64,000 bases of DNA from Candidatus Eiseniibacteriota bacterium (GTDB lineage: Bacteria > Eisenbacteria > RBG-16-71-46 > CAIMUX01 > VGJL01). The position numbers and the translations under genes are program-made. How positions within the stretch are numbered: the stretch's first letter is position 1; each line of letters opens with the position of its first letter. The stretch covers positions 768,001-832,000 of the forward strand of contig CAWBWI010000006.1 of assembly GCA_963792585.1 (NCBI GenBank), in the 5' to 3' direction. The notes under the pieces were generated by a model, which was given only the letters and a program-made list of their open reading frames with translations, was not told where the DNA came from and did not search any database. Positions 40,860 to 51,398 of this stretch are shown one piece after another.

Positions 40860-42819
40860 ATGACCAACCGCTGGATGTCGCCCGCAGTCGCCGCCGCCCT
40901 GATCGCAACCATTCTGAGCGGTGCCATCCCCGCGGCGCCCGCGCGCGCCGAACTTCCCCCGCTGATCCCGCGGGAGGTTCTCTTCGGGAACCCGGAACGT
41001 CTGGAGCCTCTGATATCGCCCGGACGGGAGCCGGTTGGCCTATCTACGGCCCGACACGAGTGACGTCCTCCAGATCTGGCTGCGAACCATCGGGAAGACC
41101 GACGACCGGCAGCTCACGCAGGATCCGAAGCGCGGCATCTTCCATTACGGATGGACCTGGAACAACCGCGAGCTCTTCTACCTGCAGGACAACAATGGGG
41201 ACGAGAACTTCCACCTGTACATCACCAGTATCGAGACCAATGAAACGAGGGACATGACGCCGATCATGGGCGTCCAGGCGACACCGCGCGCCCTCGAACC
41301 CGATCACCCGGACGAGTTGATCGTGGAGATGAACCGCCGGGATCGATCGTTGATGGAACCCTGGAAGTGCGACCTGCGAACCGGCGCGCTCACGCTGATG
41401 GCCGAGAACCCCGGCAACGTCCGCACCTGGCATGCGGACGCGCAGCTCGCGATCCGCGGCGCGACCGTCGGGCACCCGGACGGCGGCGGCGAGTTCATCG
41501 TGCGCGACGGATCCGACGGCCCGTGGCGGACGCTGACGCCTTGGAAACTGGGCGACAAGTTCGAGCCGCTTGCCTTCTCGAAGAACGGCCGGACCGTCTA
41601 CGCCAAATCCAACATCGATGGCGACACGCAGGGGCTCTACGGCATCGACACCGCAACCGGAGATCGGACCCTGATCGCCTCCGACCCGGGCGCCGACGCC
41701 GACCAGGTCGTGATCGACCCGAGAACGCACGGGATCCAGGCCGTCTCCTTCGATCGACTGCGGCCGGTGTGGAAGGTCCTCGATCCTTCGATCCAGGCCG
41801 ACTGGGACGCGCTTACGAATGTCGCGCCCGGCAGCATGAACCTGGTGGGCCGCGACCTCGCCGACCGCATCTGGATCGTCAGGTTCGACACCGATATCGC
41901 GGGGATGAAGTACTACGCCTACGATCGCCCCACGAAGCAGGCCACCTTCCTCTTCAGCGCCTCCCCGAAGTTCGAGCAGTTCGTTCTCGCACCGGTGAAG
42001 AGCTTCGAGATCCGCTCGCGCGATGGACTGAGCCTCCCCTGCTACTTGACCCTACCGGTCGGCATCCCGTCGAAGAACCTCCCCATGGTCCTCTACGTTC
42101 ACGGGGGTCCCTGGGCGCGCGACTTCTGGGGCTTCGAGCCGAACGCCCAATGGCTCGCCAACCGGGGCTACGCGGTCCTTCAGGTCAACTACCGTGGGTC
42201 GGCCGGATTCGGGAAGTCCTTCCTCATGGCGGCCCGCAAGCAGTTCGCGGGGAAGATGCACGACGATCTGATCGACGCCGTCAACTGGGCTGTCGGAGAA
42301 GGGATCGCCGATCCCAAGCGGGTCGGGATCCTGGGCGCCTCGTACGGCGGATACGCAACGCTGGTTGGTCTCTCCTTTACGCCCGACGTCTTCGTCTGCG
42401 GCGTCGACATCGTGGGCCCCTCGAACCTGGTCACGCTCGTCGAGAGCTTCCCCGATTACTGGAAGCCGTTCCTGTCGGCTCGCTGGTACCCGATCGTCGG
42501 CGACCCCAGCAATCCAGAGGACCGCAAGGACATGCTCGCCCGCTCACCGATCACCAAGGTGGACCGGATCCGGGCGCCGCTCCTCGTCGGGCAGGGAGCC
42601 AACGACCCGCGCGTGAAGCAGGCGGAGAGCGACACGATCGTCGCGGCGCTGCGCAAGCGCGGCGTGCCGGTGGAGTACATCGTCTTTCCGGATGAGGGAC
42701 ATGGATTCGCGCGACCTGAGAATCAGTTGAAGTTCTCCGCCGCGGCGGAGGCATTTCTCGCCAAACACCTCGGCGGGCGGTTCGAGCCGGTGACGGCCCC
42801 CAAGGAGGTCGAGAGGTAG
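40860..42819 (+). CDS. S9 family (prolyl oligopeptidase/acylaminoacyl peptidase) secreted peptidase; frameshift ~41025
   Basis: PPLIPREVLFGNP, HGGPW, GASYGG, GANDPRV, DEGHGF. Confidence 0.9.
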
Positions 42820-42851
42820 GCGGGTCCTGTCAACCGCAGTCTGATTTCAAC

Positions 42852-43835
42852 TCAGGGTCGCAGGACCAGCGCCCCGCGCACCCGCCCTTGCCGGAGGGCG
42901 TCGAGCGCCTCGTTCGCCCGCGCGAGCGGGTAGACTTCGACCTCCGTCCGCACGGGCACGCGCGGCGCGAGCGCGAGGAACTCCTCGCCGTCGCGGCGCG
43001 TCAGATTCGCCACCGAACGCACCACGCGCTCCCCCCAGAGGATCGAGTAGGGGAACGTCGGAATGTCGCTCATGTGGATCCCGGCGCAGACGACCGTCCC
43101 GCCCTTCCGCACAACCCGCAACGCCGCGGGAATCAGGCCTCCCACCGGCGCGAAGATGATGGCCGCATCGATAGGTTCGGGAGGCGCTTCCTCCGATGCC
43201 CCTGTCCATTCCGCGCCCAGATCGCGCGCGAACCGCCGGCTCTCCTCATCCCCGGCGCGCGTGAAGGCAAAGACCCGCCTTTTCTGCCAGAGGGCGACCT
43301 GCGCCACGATGTGCGCGGCCGCGCCGAAACCGTAGAGGCCGAGCGTCGCCGCATCCCCCGCCGCCACGAGCGACCGATAGCCGATCAGACCGGCGCACAG
43401 CAAAGGCGCGGCCTGGACATCGGAAAACTCATCGGGGACGGGAAAACAGAAGCGCGCGTCCGCGACGGCGAACTCCGCGTACCCCCCTTGGATCTGATAG
43501 CCGGTGAAGCGCGCCCGATCGCAGAGGTTCTCCCGACCCGCCTGACAGAACCCGCAGACGCCGCAGGTCCAGCCGAGCCACGGCACGCCGACCCGCTGGC
43601 CGACCCGGGCCGGGTCGACCCCGGCCCCGACCCCGACAACCGTTCCGACGATCTCGTGCCCCGGAATGATCGGCAACGCCGGATCGGTCAGGTCGCCGTC
43701 CACGACGTGGAGGTCCGTGCGACACACGGCGCATGCATGGACTTTGATGAGGAGTTGGTCCGGACCGGCTTCGGGACGCGGAAGATCCGCATCCCGAAGC
43801 GGGCGCGAAGGAGCGTCGAGAACCATCGCGCGCAT
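42852..43835 (-). CDS. Zinc-dependent alcohol dehydrogenase
   Basis: CRTDLH, GHE, CGVCGFC...ENLC, APLLCAG, GFGAAA. Confidence 0.92.
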   Translation of the reverse strand: MRAMVLDAPSRPLRDADLPRPEAGPDQLLIKVHACAVCRTDLHVVDGDLTDPALPIIPGHEIVGTVVGVGAGVDPARVGQRVGVPWLGWTCGVCGFCQAGRENLCDRARFTGYQIQGGYAEFAVADARFCFPVPDEFSDVQAAPLLCAGLIGYRSLVAAGDAATLGLYGFGAAAHIVAQVALWQKRRVFAFTRAGDEESRRFARDLGAEWTGASEEAPPEPIDAAIIFAPVGGLIPAALRVVRKGGTVVCAGIHMSDIPTFPYSILWGERVVRSVANLTRRDGEEFLALAPRVPVRTEVEVYPLARANEALDALRQGRVRGALVLRP

Positions 43836-43864
43836 GCGCGCGCTTCCGGCTCCGGACGTGATGG

Positions 43865-46800
43865 CTACTTCTCCTTCCGGAACGACTCCCTGCTGTGGTC
43901 GGGAGCAGGGGCGAATGCCGGGGCGAGCGGCGGCTTCTCTCGATGGAGCCGCATGACTTCTACGATCGCCCGATCGAGCTGCGCATCGATCCCCCTCGCG
44001 AGATCCTGCGGGGTGTTGTCGATGTCGATATCGGGATCCACTCCGTGATTCTCGATGCCCCACCCCAGCTTCGGGCTGTACCACGCGAACTCGGGCTGCG
44101 TGAGCATGCCGCCGTCGACGAGCATCTTATCGCAGCGGATCCCGACGACGCCGCCCCATGACCGCTTGCCGATCACCGGCGCGAGCGCCCGCCGTCTGGA
44201 TCGCCGCCGGGAAGATGTCGCCGTCGGAACCGGCGAACTGATTGGTGAGCACGACGAACGGGCCGTTCAACACACGGACGGGGTAGGTGAAGACCGCGCC
44301 ATTGCGCTGCGGGTCCCACCAGATCAGCTTGCGAAGCAGCCGCTCGACGATCAGCTGGGACACGAACCCGCCGCCGTTCCAGCGGACGTCGACGACCATT
44401 CCCTCCTTGTCGAGCTGCGGGTAGAACCAGTTGTTGAACGCGACCAGTCCCCCGTCCACCATGTCGGGCAGATGGATGTAGCCGATCTTTCCGCCGGACT
44501 TCTGGGCGACGTACTCGCGATTCCCTCGCACCCAGTCGGCGTAGCGCAGGCGCGCTTCGTCACCGAGGTTCATCGGCGTGACCACGACGTCTCGCGCGCC
44601 CCCCATGTCGGGCTTCGTGTTGACCGTGAGCACGACCGGCTTGTCGGCCAGGTTCTGCGAGGCTTGCCTCGAAGGGAAGACCCGACCGAACGGCAGGTGA
44701 TTCACCGCGAGGATGTACTCGCCTTCCTTGACCCACGCCCGGCTCCTGCAGTGGCGATCGGACGTGATCGGCCGCGTCGCCCCGGTAGATACGCGTCGAC
44801 CTTGTAGACGTCGCCCTGCGCTGGAGACCTCGCCGCCAAGCAGTCCGGTGGGAATCGCTAGCGAATCCGCAGCCGGAGGTCGCCGCCCCAGACGTAGGTG
44901 TGCGAGTTCGTTGAGCTCGCCGATCATCTCGCCGATCAGGTCGCTCAGGTCGGCCCGCGTCGCCAGGCGCGGCAGCAGCGTCGCGTACTGGTCGCGGATC
45001 GCGGTCCAGTCGAGGCCCGACATCCCGGGTCCCAGAAGAAGTCACGCATGTTGCGCCACGCCTCGAAGTAGATCTGCGCCCATTCCTCGCGCGGGTCGAG
45101 GTCGATCACGACGTCGTCGAGACTGCAGCTTCGCTTCGGCAAGATCATCGGCCCGGCGGCGCGCCGGCATCGAGGACGAAGATCTCGCCCCGCTCCTTCA
45201 TGATCGCGATCTTGCGCCGCCCTTGGCCGGGAGGATCGTAGCCGGAGATCCCCTCGACGAAGGGCTTGGCCTCCCTCTTCTCGAGGTCGAATGCCATCAG
45301 GGTCGCCTTCGGCGCGGTTCGTCGCTCGCAGCGCGGCGCGCTGCTCGGCCATACCCTGATCGGGAACGAGATGTAGAAGAGCGTCTTGTCCGTGGCCGCG
45401 AGGCCGTAGTACCGTCCCGCCTCTACCGGGAGCTCGACAAACGCGATCGGCGAGACCATCGAAGTCGATCTCGACCGGCTTCGGCTTCGTCCTCCTTCGT
45501 CGTCCTTCTTGTCCTTGTCGGCCTTCTTCGTCCTTGGCCTTCTTCTCCTCCTTGGCCTTCTCGTCGCTCCTCCTTGGGCGGCAGCCCCGCGCTGTTCGCC
45601 AGCGGATTCTCCACGTCGGTCCGCAGCAGGACCATGTACGGGCGCGTGGCGCGCCTCGATGATTGTCTCAAGTCGCGCCTGTCGATCGATCGGGTTCGTG
45701 GTGCGATCGCGAGGAAGAACAGGTAGCGGCCCTCCGGATCCCAGGTCGGCGAGTCCGCTCGTCGGTGTGTAGGTCGTCACCTGGTGGATCGATCCGTCCT
45801 TCGTGTCGTAGATGAAGATCGCCCCGAGTCTGTCGTTGTTGGCGCGCTTGCGTGTAGGCCAGCCAGCGGCCGTCCGGGCTCCACGCGTACTCGCGGATCT
45901 CGGCCTGGACTCGCGGTCGACTTGCATCGGCTCTCCGCCGTCCGCCATCACGACGTACAGCGCATGGTCTGATCGCCGTAGGCGATCCACTTGCCGTCCG
46001 GCGACCAGATCGGCGGGAAGTGCCAGGCGCTCTGGCCCCGGGCTTGGTGACCTCCTTGGCCTCGCCGCGGCCCCAGGCGTCGGCCGTCCGATCTGCTCTT
46101 CGCCCGACCTCGTCGGTGACGTACAGGATCTGCTCCCCCTTCGGCTCGAAGATCGACGCAGCTCTCGCGCGCGCCGCTGCCGGGCGTGATCGGCAGGGTG
46201 ACCCCTTCCTTCTTCGCCGGGACCGAGTAGATCTCGCCGCGCGCCTCGACCGCCAGCGCGCTCGCCGTCGGGGGCGAGGGCGTAACCGGTCAGGTACTGC
46301 TGCGGATTCGGGTAGCGGGACGCGGGTCAGCGATTCGGTCGCTCGGCAGGTCGATCGCCAGCTTGCGCGCTCCTTGCCCGTGGCGGGATCGTACACGTGG
46401 ATGTCGCCGGCAAGCATGAAGACGATGCGGCCCTGCCTGTCCATGGACGGCCATCGGGCGTCCCAGGTCGCCCAGGTCGGTCAGCTGCTTGCGGTCCGTG
46501 CCGTCCGGCTTCATCGACCAGAGGTTCGCGGTGCCTCCCTGATCGCAGAGGAAGTAGATCCGCCCCTCATGCCACATCGGAAACGCGTCCATCCCCTCGA
46601 AGGTCGTGATCTGCTTGAAGTCTCCCTTTACGGGATCGCCGACCCAGATGTCGTCGGCCGTGCCGCCGCGATAGCGCTTCCAGGTGCCGCCACCACCCGA
46701 ACGGGTGAAGGCGTAGGCGCCGCTCACCGGATCGATGGAGAAGCTGACGATGTAACCGACCGGCAACTTCTGGGGATCGCCGCCCGCGGCGGGGATCTGA

Positions 46801-47234
46801 TAGAGCTCCCAATTGAAGTTTGGATGCTCGCGCCAGCTGCGGAAGAGGATCGACGTGCCGTCGGCCGTCCACCCGATCGGTTCGTCGTCGGCCGGGTGCC
46901 ATGTCAGGCGACGGGGCTCTCCTCCCTCGACGGGCATGACGAAGACGTCCCGGTTACCGTCGTATTCTCCCGCGAACGCGATCCACTTCCCGTCCGGCGA
47001 GATCTTCGCAAGGTACTCGCTGCCGGGATGAGAGGTCAGACGCCGGGCCGTCCCGCCGTCGAGCGGCGCGGTCCAGAGGTCCCCCTCCGCACCGAAAATA
47101 ACCTGGTTCCCGGAGAGTTCCGGGTATCGCAAGTACCCCGGCCCTGCCTGGGCCGGGGAGCCCGTCACGATCGCCGTCACTGCCAGAATTCCCAGAATGG
47201 CCGGCCAGCGAGCCGGGCCGCGAAGCATCCTCAT
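43865..47234 (-). CDS. Tricorn-like S41 protease, heavily frameshifted (assembly error or pseudogene)
   Basis: YLRYP..AEGDLW, WKRYRGG, EEWAQIYFEAWR, GYIHLPDM, DVRWNGGG, AGSDGD, ENHGVDPDI, DAQLDRAI across many frames. Confidence 0.85.
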
Positions 47235-47652
47235 CACGCATCCCCCTTCGATCAAAGGTACCGGGAGGGCCCCATGCCATCCCCCCGGCGGCAAGAGGCT
47301 CTGATTCTAGACGGATTTCCGGAGAATCTGTTTCAAGGAAAACCGGCCAATTTGTATGGCGGGGGGTGACAGGGATCATTCCGTATTCATGGTCTCGATA
47401 CGAGGTTGGCGGATGGACGCGCGGCCGCGACGGGACGGGATGGGACCATTCGAATTCCCCCCGGGGCCTCGGGCCTGCATCGTCTATCCTGGGCGCCAGC
47501 GCGCACCCGCCGGCCGTCGGCAGGAGGTCTCGATCGGAGAGCGGCCCCCGGCATTCGGCTCGATCCGTCGACCGGCACCACGCACGCTCCGAGAGGTCAC
47601 AATCTCCGTAAACGTCGGCGGCCGGTTCGCAGGCGTGCTTGGGGGGCATGGC

Positions 47653-48345
47653 ATGAGACAGCTAGGACTCCGGACTGGAGCGGGGCTCCGCGCCGGGATT
47701 CTCTCCGGTGTCTTGATCGCCGGTTGGGCCACGGTCCCGCCACCGGCTCTCGCCGGAAACTCCCAGGACGGCGGGATGGGAACCTCGCCGGCCGTGGGGG
47801 TGGAACCGACCAGCCTCGGGGTGAAGCAGGCGGCTCTTGTGCCCGCCGACTCGACCGTGATCTTCCCGACGGTCGAAGGATCGAATCTGGAGGGTACGCC
47901 GTATGTCCTTCCCCGCGATCTGGAAGGCCGCTGCAACCTGCTCTTCATCGCCTTCCTGAGAGAACAGCAGGAGATGGTCGACACTTGGTTGCCGGCAGCC
48001 CGCTATCTCATGGGGGTATATCCAGAACTTCGATACTACGAGCTGCCGACCATTGCGCGGCTGAATCCGGTGACCAGGTGGTTCATCGACCGAGGGATGC
48101 GGGGCGGCATCTCCGATCCCGCCGCCCGCGCCGCCACGATCACCCTCTACATCGACAAGGAGCCCTTTCGCCGAGCGCTGGGAATCGAGGGCGAGCGGAC
48201 GATCACGGTCCTTCTCCTCGACGCTCGGGGACGCGTGGCCTGGAGGACCGAAGGTCCGCGGACGGATGCGCTGACGCAGGAACTGAATCGAGCGGTCCGC
48301 CGCTGGATCCGTGACGCAAGTCCGTCCGCCGTGGATGCCCGATGA
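47653..48345 (+). CDS. Secreted conserved hypothetical protein (probable thioredoxin-like fold)
   Basis: FPTVEGSNLEG, IAFLREQQEMVDTW, YYELP, FIDRGMRGGI, LLDARGRVAW. Confidence 0.65.
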   Translation: MRQLGLRTGAGLRAGILSGVLIAGWATVPPPALAGNSQDGGMGTSPAVGVEPTSLGVKQAALVPADSTVIFPTVEGSNLEGTPYVLPRDLEGRCNLLFIAFLREQQEMVDTWLPAARYLMGVYPELRYYELPTIARLNPVTRWFIDRGMRGGISDPAARAATITLYIDKEPFRRALGIEGERTITVLLLDARGRVAWRTEGPRTDALTQELNRAVRRWIRDASPSAVDAR

Positions 48346-48931
48346 TCCCCGGCCGAGGAGCCCGATCAGGGTGAAGCAGACTCCGCCGGGCGACCCATGG
48401 GCGACCCTCGGCGCGAACGCCCTCCTGGTCGAGCTCGTATCGCACCGGCCGGAATGGGCAACCATCTTCCGCGGGGAAGCCAAACGCATCGCCCGCGCCT
48501 GCGGGGGACTTGTTCCTACCATCGAGCACATCGGGAGCACGGCCGTCCCGGGTCTGATCGCCAAGCCGATCCTCGACATGATGCCTGGAATCGCCCGGCT
48601 GGAGGACGGACCCGCCACGATCGATCCGATGGAGTCGCTCGGCTATGCCTGCAAGGGAGAACACGGAATCCCCGGCCGTCTCTACTTCGAGATGCACCGC
48701 GACGGCCTGAAGGTCGCCCACGCGCACATGTTCGTGATCGGGACCGAGGATTGGGAGCGCCATCTCCTCTTCCGCGACTACTTGCGAGATCATCCCGACG
48801 CGGCCCGTGAGTACGCGGAGCTGAAGCTGGAGCTGTCGGCGCGTTACCGCAACGATCGTCCCTCGTACACCGACGGCAAGACCGATTTCATCCGCTCGGT
48901 CGTCGAGCGCGCGCGGGATACCCGACGATGA
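48335..48931 (+). CDS. GrpB family nucleotidyltransferase-fold protein
   Basis: IEHIGSTAVPGLIAKPILD, FRDYLR, YTDGK. Confidence 0.88.
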   Translation: MPDDPRPRSPIRVKQTPPGDPWATLGANALLVELVSHRPEWATIFRGEAKRIARACGGLVPTIEHIGSTAVPGLIAKPILDMMPGIARLEDGPATIDPMESLGYACKGEHGIPGRLYFEMHRDGLKVAHAHMFVIGTEDWERHLLFRDYLRDHPDAAREYAELKLELSARYRNDRPSYTDGKTDFIRSVVERARDTRR

Positions 48932-49003
48932 ACTCCTCGGAATGCTGATCGCGGAACATCCACACTCGGATTGCAGCCGGGGCAAATCGCGACGAGCGCG
49001 CGC

Positions 49004-49243
49004 CTACCTGCGTTTGCTCTCGACGAGGCGCGCGACGGCCGTGAAGGTCTCGAAGTTCTCCGGAAGGACGTCCGCGTCGCCGATTCGGATCGCGAAACTC
49101 CGCTCGAGGAAGGCGATGAAGTCGATCATCGCGATCGAGTCGAAGGTCTTGTAGACCGGAAGGGCGGCAATATCGGGCGCCTGCGAGGCGCGCGGCGCGT
49201 GACCGCGCACGTAATCGATGATGGTCTCGAGGGTCTTGTCCAT
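49004..49243 (-). CDS. Acyl carrier protein
   Basis: 79 aa; DSIAMIDFIAFLE with phosphopantetheine Ser; PENFET. Confidence 0.8.
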   Translation of the reverse strand: MDKTLETIIDYVRGHAPRASQAPDIAALPVYKTFDSIAMIDFIAFLERSFAIRIGDADVLPENFETFTAVARLVESKRR

Positions 49244-49245
49244 TC

Positions 49246-50730
49246 CTAGGATTCCTTGAGCTTGGTTCTGTCGAGTTTGCCGTAGAGGGTCCGAGGCAAC
49301 GCATCCACGATCCGGATCTCGCGCGGGACCTTGTAACCGGAGACCATCAGCCGGCAGTGCTGGAGCATCGTCTCCGGCTCGACCGCCGCGCCCGCCTCCA
49401 CCACGACCTTTGCCCGGACCGATTCGCCCGTCACGGGGTCGGCGACGCCGAAAACCCCTGCCTCGGCGACTCCCCTCACCTCGAGAAGGACGCGCTCGAT
49501 ATCTTCGGGCGAGACCTTTTCGTTGCCTACGTTGATCACATTGCTCGCGCGTCCCGTCAGGACAAGTCGATTCCCTTCGTCGAGGTATCCCAGATCACCG
49601 GTGTGCAGCCAACCGTTCCTCAGCTTGGCGGTTGTCGCCTCTGCATCTCGCCAGTAGCCGCGCATCAGACTCGTGCCGCCCACGACGACCTCCCCCACCT
49701 CGTGGACGGGGACGGGTCGATCGTCGTCGGAACGGATCTCCATGCGGGTGCCCTGGACCGTGATTCCGACCGGATAGAATCGGGCGGGATCATCGCTTCC
49801 CTGGTCCTCGACCCAGTGGTAGCTGATGCGCGGAGAGTTCTCGGAGGCCCCGTACATATTGACGATTCGGGTATTCGGGAAGCGCTCGCAGAGCCGCCTG
49901 ACCAGACGTCCGTCGAGGAACTGCCCGCCCGACATGACATAGCGCACGCTGCGGAGATTCCAATCGGTGGGTATATCCAAGCCCAGGATAATCCGGAAGG
50001 AGGTGGGGTTCGCCGCCAACCCAGTCAGTCCATGGACGGAGCACGCCTGGGGAACGACCATCGGGAAACGCAGATAGGACGGGATTGGGAAGATCGCTGC
50101 GCCCGCCAGCGCGTGGGTCAGAAACTGGGATACTGCGTATGCATAGCAGGTCGGCGTGAATACCGCAGTCGAGTCGGACTTAGACAGTTCCAGATAACAA
50201 GCTACCGCCCTGACATTCGCCGATATTGCGGACTCGGGAAGGACCACACCCTTCGGAGCCCCGGTCGTGCCGCTGGTATAGATGATGATCGCGTCGTCCG
50301 GATCGGACGGCGCGGGCTCCGGCAAGTGTGGGAAGTGATAGAGACGGGCGTCCGCCTCGTCGGCCTCCGACACCGCCTCCGGCGTTTCTCCCACGGCCGG
50401 CTCGGCACCGGCGAGCATCCACGTCGGCTGGGCGTGAAGAAAGCAGCGCCGCTGCTCGAAGGGCGTCCACGAGGTGCCGAAGAGCACGGTCGTCGCGCCG
50501 GCCGCACGGATGGCGAGCAACCCCACGAGATACCCGGCTCCGGGATCGAGGCAGAGTCCGATGCGCGCGCCCGGCCCCGCTCCCGCTTCGGAGAGCCTTC
50601 CCGCGAGACGATCGACCCTGCGGCGCAGCTCACCGTACGTCGCGGCGTCCTTCCCCAGGATCGCGGGCCGGTCTCCGTCATCGGTTTTACCGAGGATCTC
50701 TTGATAGATGCTCGCGACGGAGACGCTCAT
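49246..50730 (-). CDS. Class I adenylate-forming enzyme (acyl-AMP/ACP ligase)
   Basis: YTSGTTGAPKG, MYGASE, TGDLG, KVSP.DIE, YKVP, LPRTLYGK. Confidence 0.92.
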   Translation of the reverse strand: MSVSVASIYQEILGKTDDGDRPAILGKDAATYGELRRRVDRLAGRLSEAGAGPGARIGLCLDPGAGYLVGLLAIRAAGATTVLFGTSWTPFEQRRCFLHAQPTWMLAGAEPAVGETPEAVSEADEADARLYHFPHLPEPAPSDPDDAIIIYTSGTTGAPKGVVLPESAISANVRAVACYLELSKSDSTAVFTPTCYAYAVSQFLTHALAGAAIFPIPSYLRFPMVVPQACSVHGLTGLAANPTSFRIILGLDIPTDWNLRSVRYVMSGGQFLDGRLVRRLCERFPNTRIVNMYGASENSPRISYHWVEDQGSDDPARFYPVGITVQGTRMEIRSDDDRPVPVHEVGEVVVGGTSLMRGYWRDAEATTAKLRNGWLHTGDLGYLDEGNRLVLTGRASNVINVGNEKVSPEDIERVLLEVRGVAEAGVFGVADPVTGESVRAKVVVEAGAAVEPETMLQHCRLMVSGYKVPREIRIVDALPRTLYGKLDRTKLKES

Positions 50731-51398
50731 GGGAAACGGAGCTCCACGGGATCCTGGTACCGGATCACCCGCCCCGGATTCCCGATCACGAAAGCATTGT
50801 CCGGAACGTCCCGCAGGACCACCGTACCCGCGGCCAGCTGCACGTTGCGGCCGATTCGAACGCCCCCCGAGCGGATCACACACCCCACGCCGCACGCGAA
50901 GTTCTCTCCGATCGTCGCAGTCGAGCCGATGACCGAACCGCCCCCGACCACGCAGTTGCGCTCGATCGTCACGTCGTGGAGGATCTTCACGCCGCTGCCG
51001 ATGAAGGCATACGGCGCGATCGTTACCTTGTTCAAGATAATCGTCCCGAAGGAGATCAACCCGCCCTCCCCGATTACGAGATCCGAGGCGGCGACGACCG
51101 ACGGCTCGATCGCCGTGATCGCCTCCAACCCGTTCTGCTCGAGGAGCGCGAACATTCCGAGCCGCAAGCCGAGATCCCCCAGGACCGGGAGCCCACCCAC
51201 GACACCCTCATCCTTCAGCCGCGGGAGAAGGTCGAATCCCCCGAGAACCGGAATGTCGTAGTAGAGCTGTCCCTGCTTCGCGGGATCCGTGTCGAGGTAG
51301 CCGACGCACGAGAACGCGGGCAGACGGCGAAGGATCTCACCGAGCAGCCGGGCCGACTGCCCTGCGCAGAGGATGACGATCGTCTTGCGGCCGGTCAC
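50727..51398 (-). CDS. NeuD/PglD-like sugar acyltransferase (hexapeptide repeats)
   Basis: N-terminal Rossmann-like domain (VILCAG, GYLD, PVLG), ILHDVTI, left-handed beta-helix, VLRDVP...GNPGR. Confidence 0.85.
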   Translation of the reverse strand: MTGRKTIVILCAGQSARLLGEILRRLPAFSCVGYLDTDPAKQGQLYYDIPVLGGFDLLPRLKDEGVVGGLPVLGDLGLRLGMFALLEQNGLEAITAIEPSVVAASDLVIGEGGLISFGTIILNKVTIAPYAFIGSGVKILHDVTIERNCVVGGGSVIGSTATIGENFACGVGCVIRSGGVRIGRNVQLAAGTVVLRDVPDNAFVIGNPGRVIRYQDPVELRFP

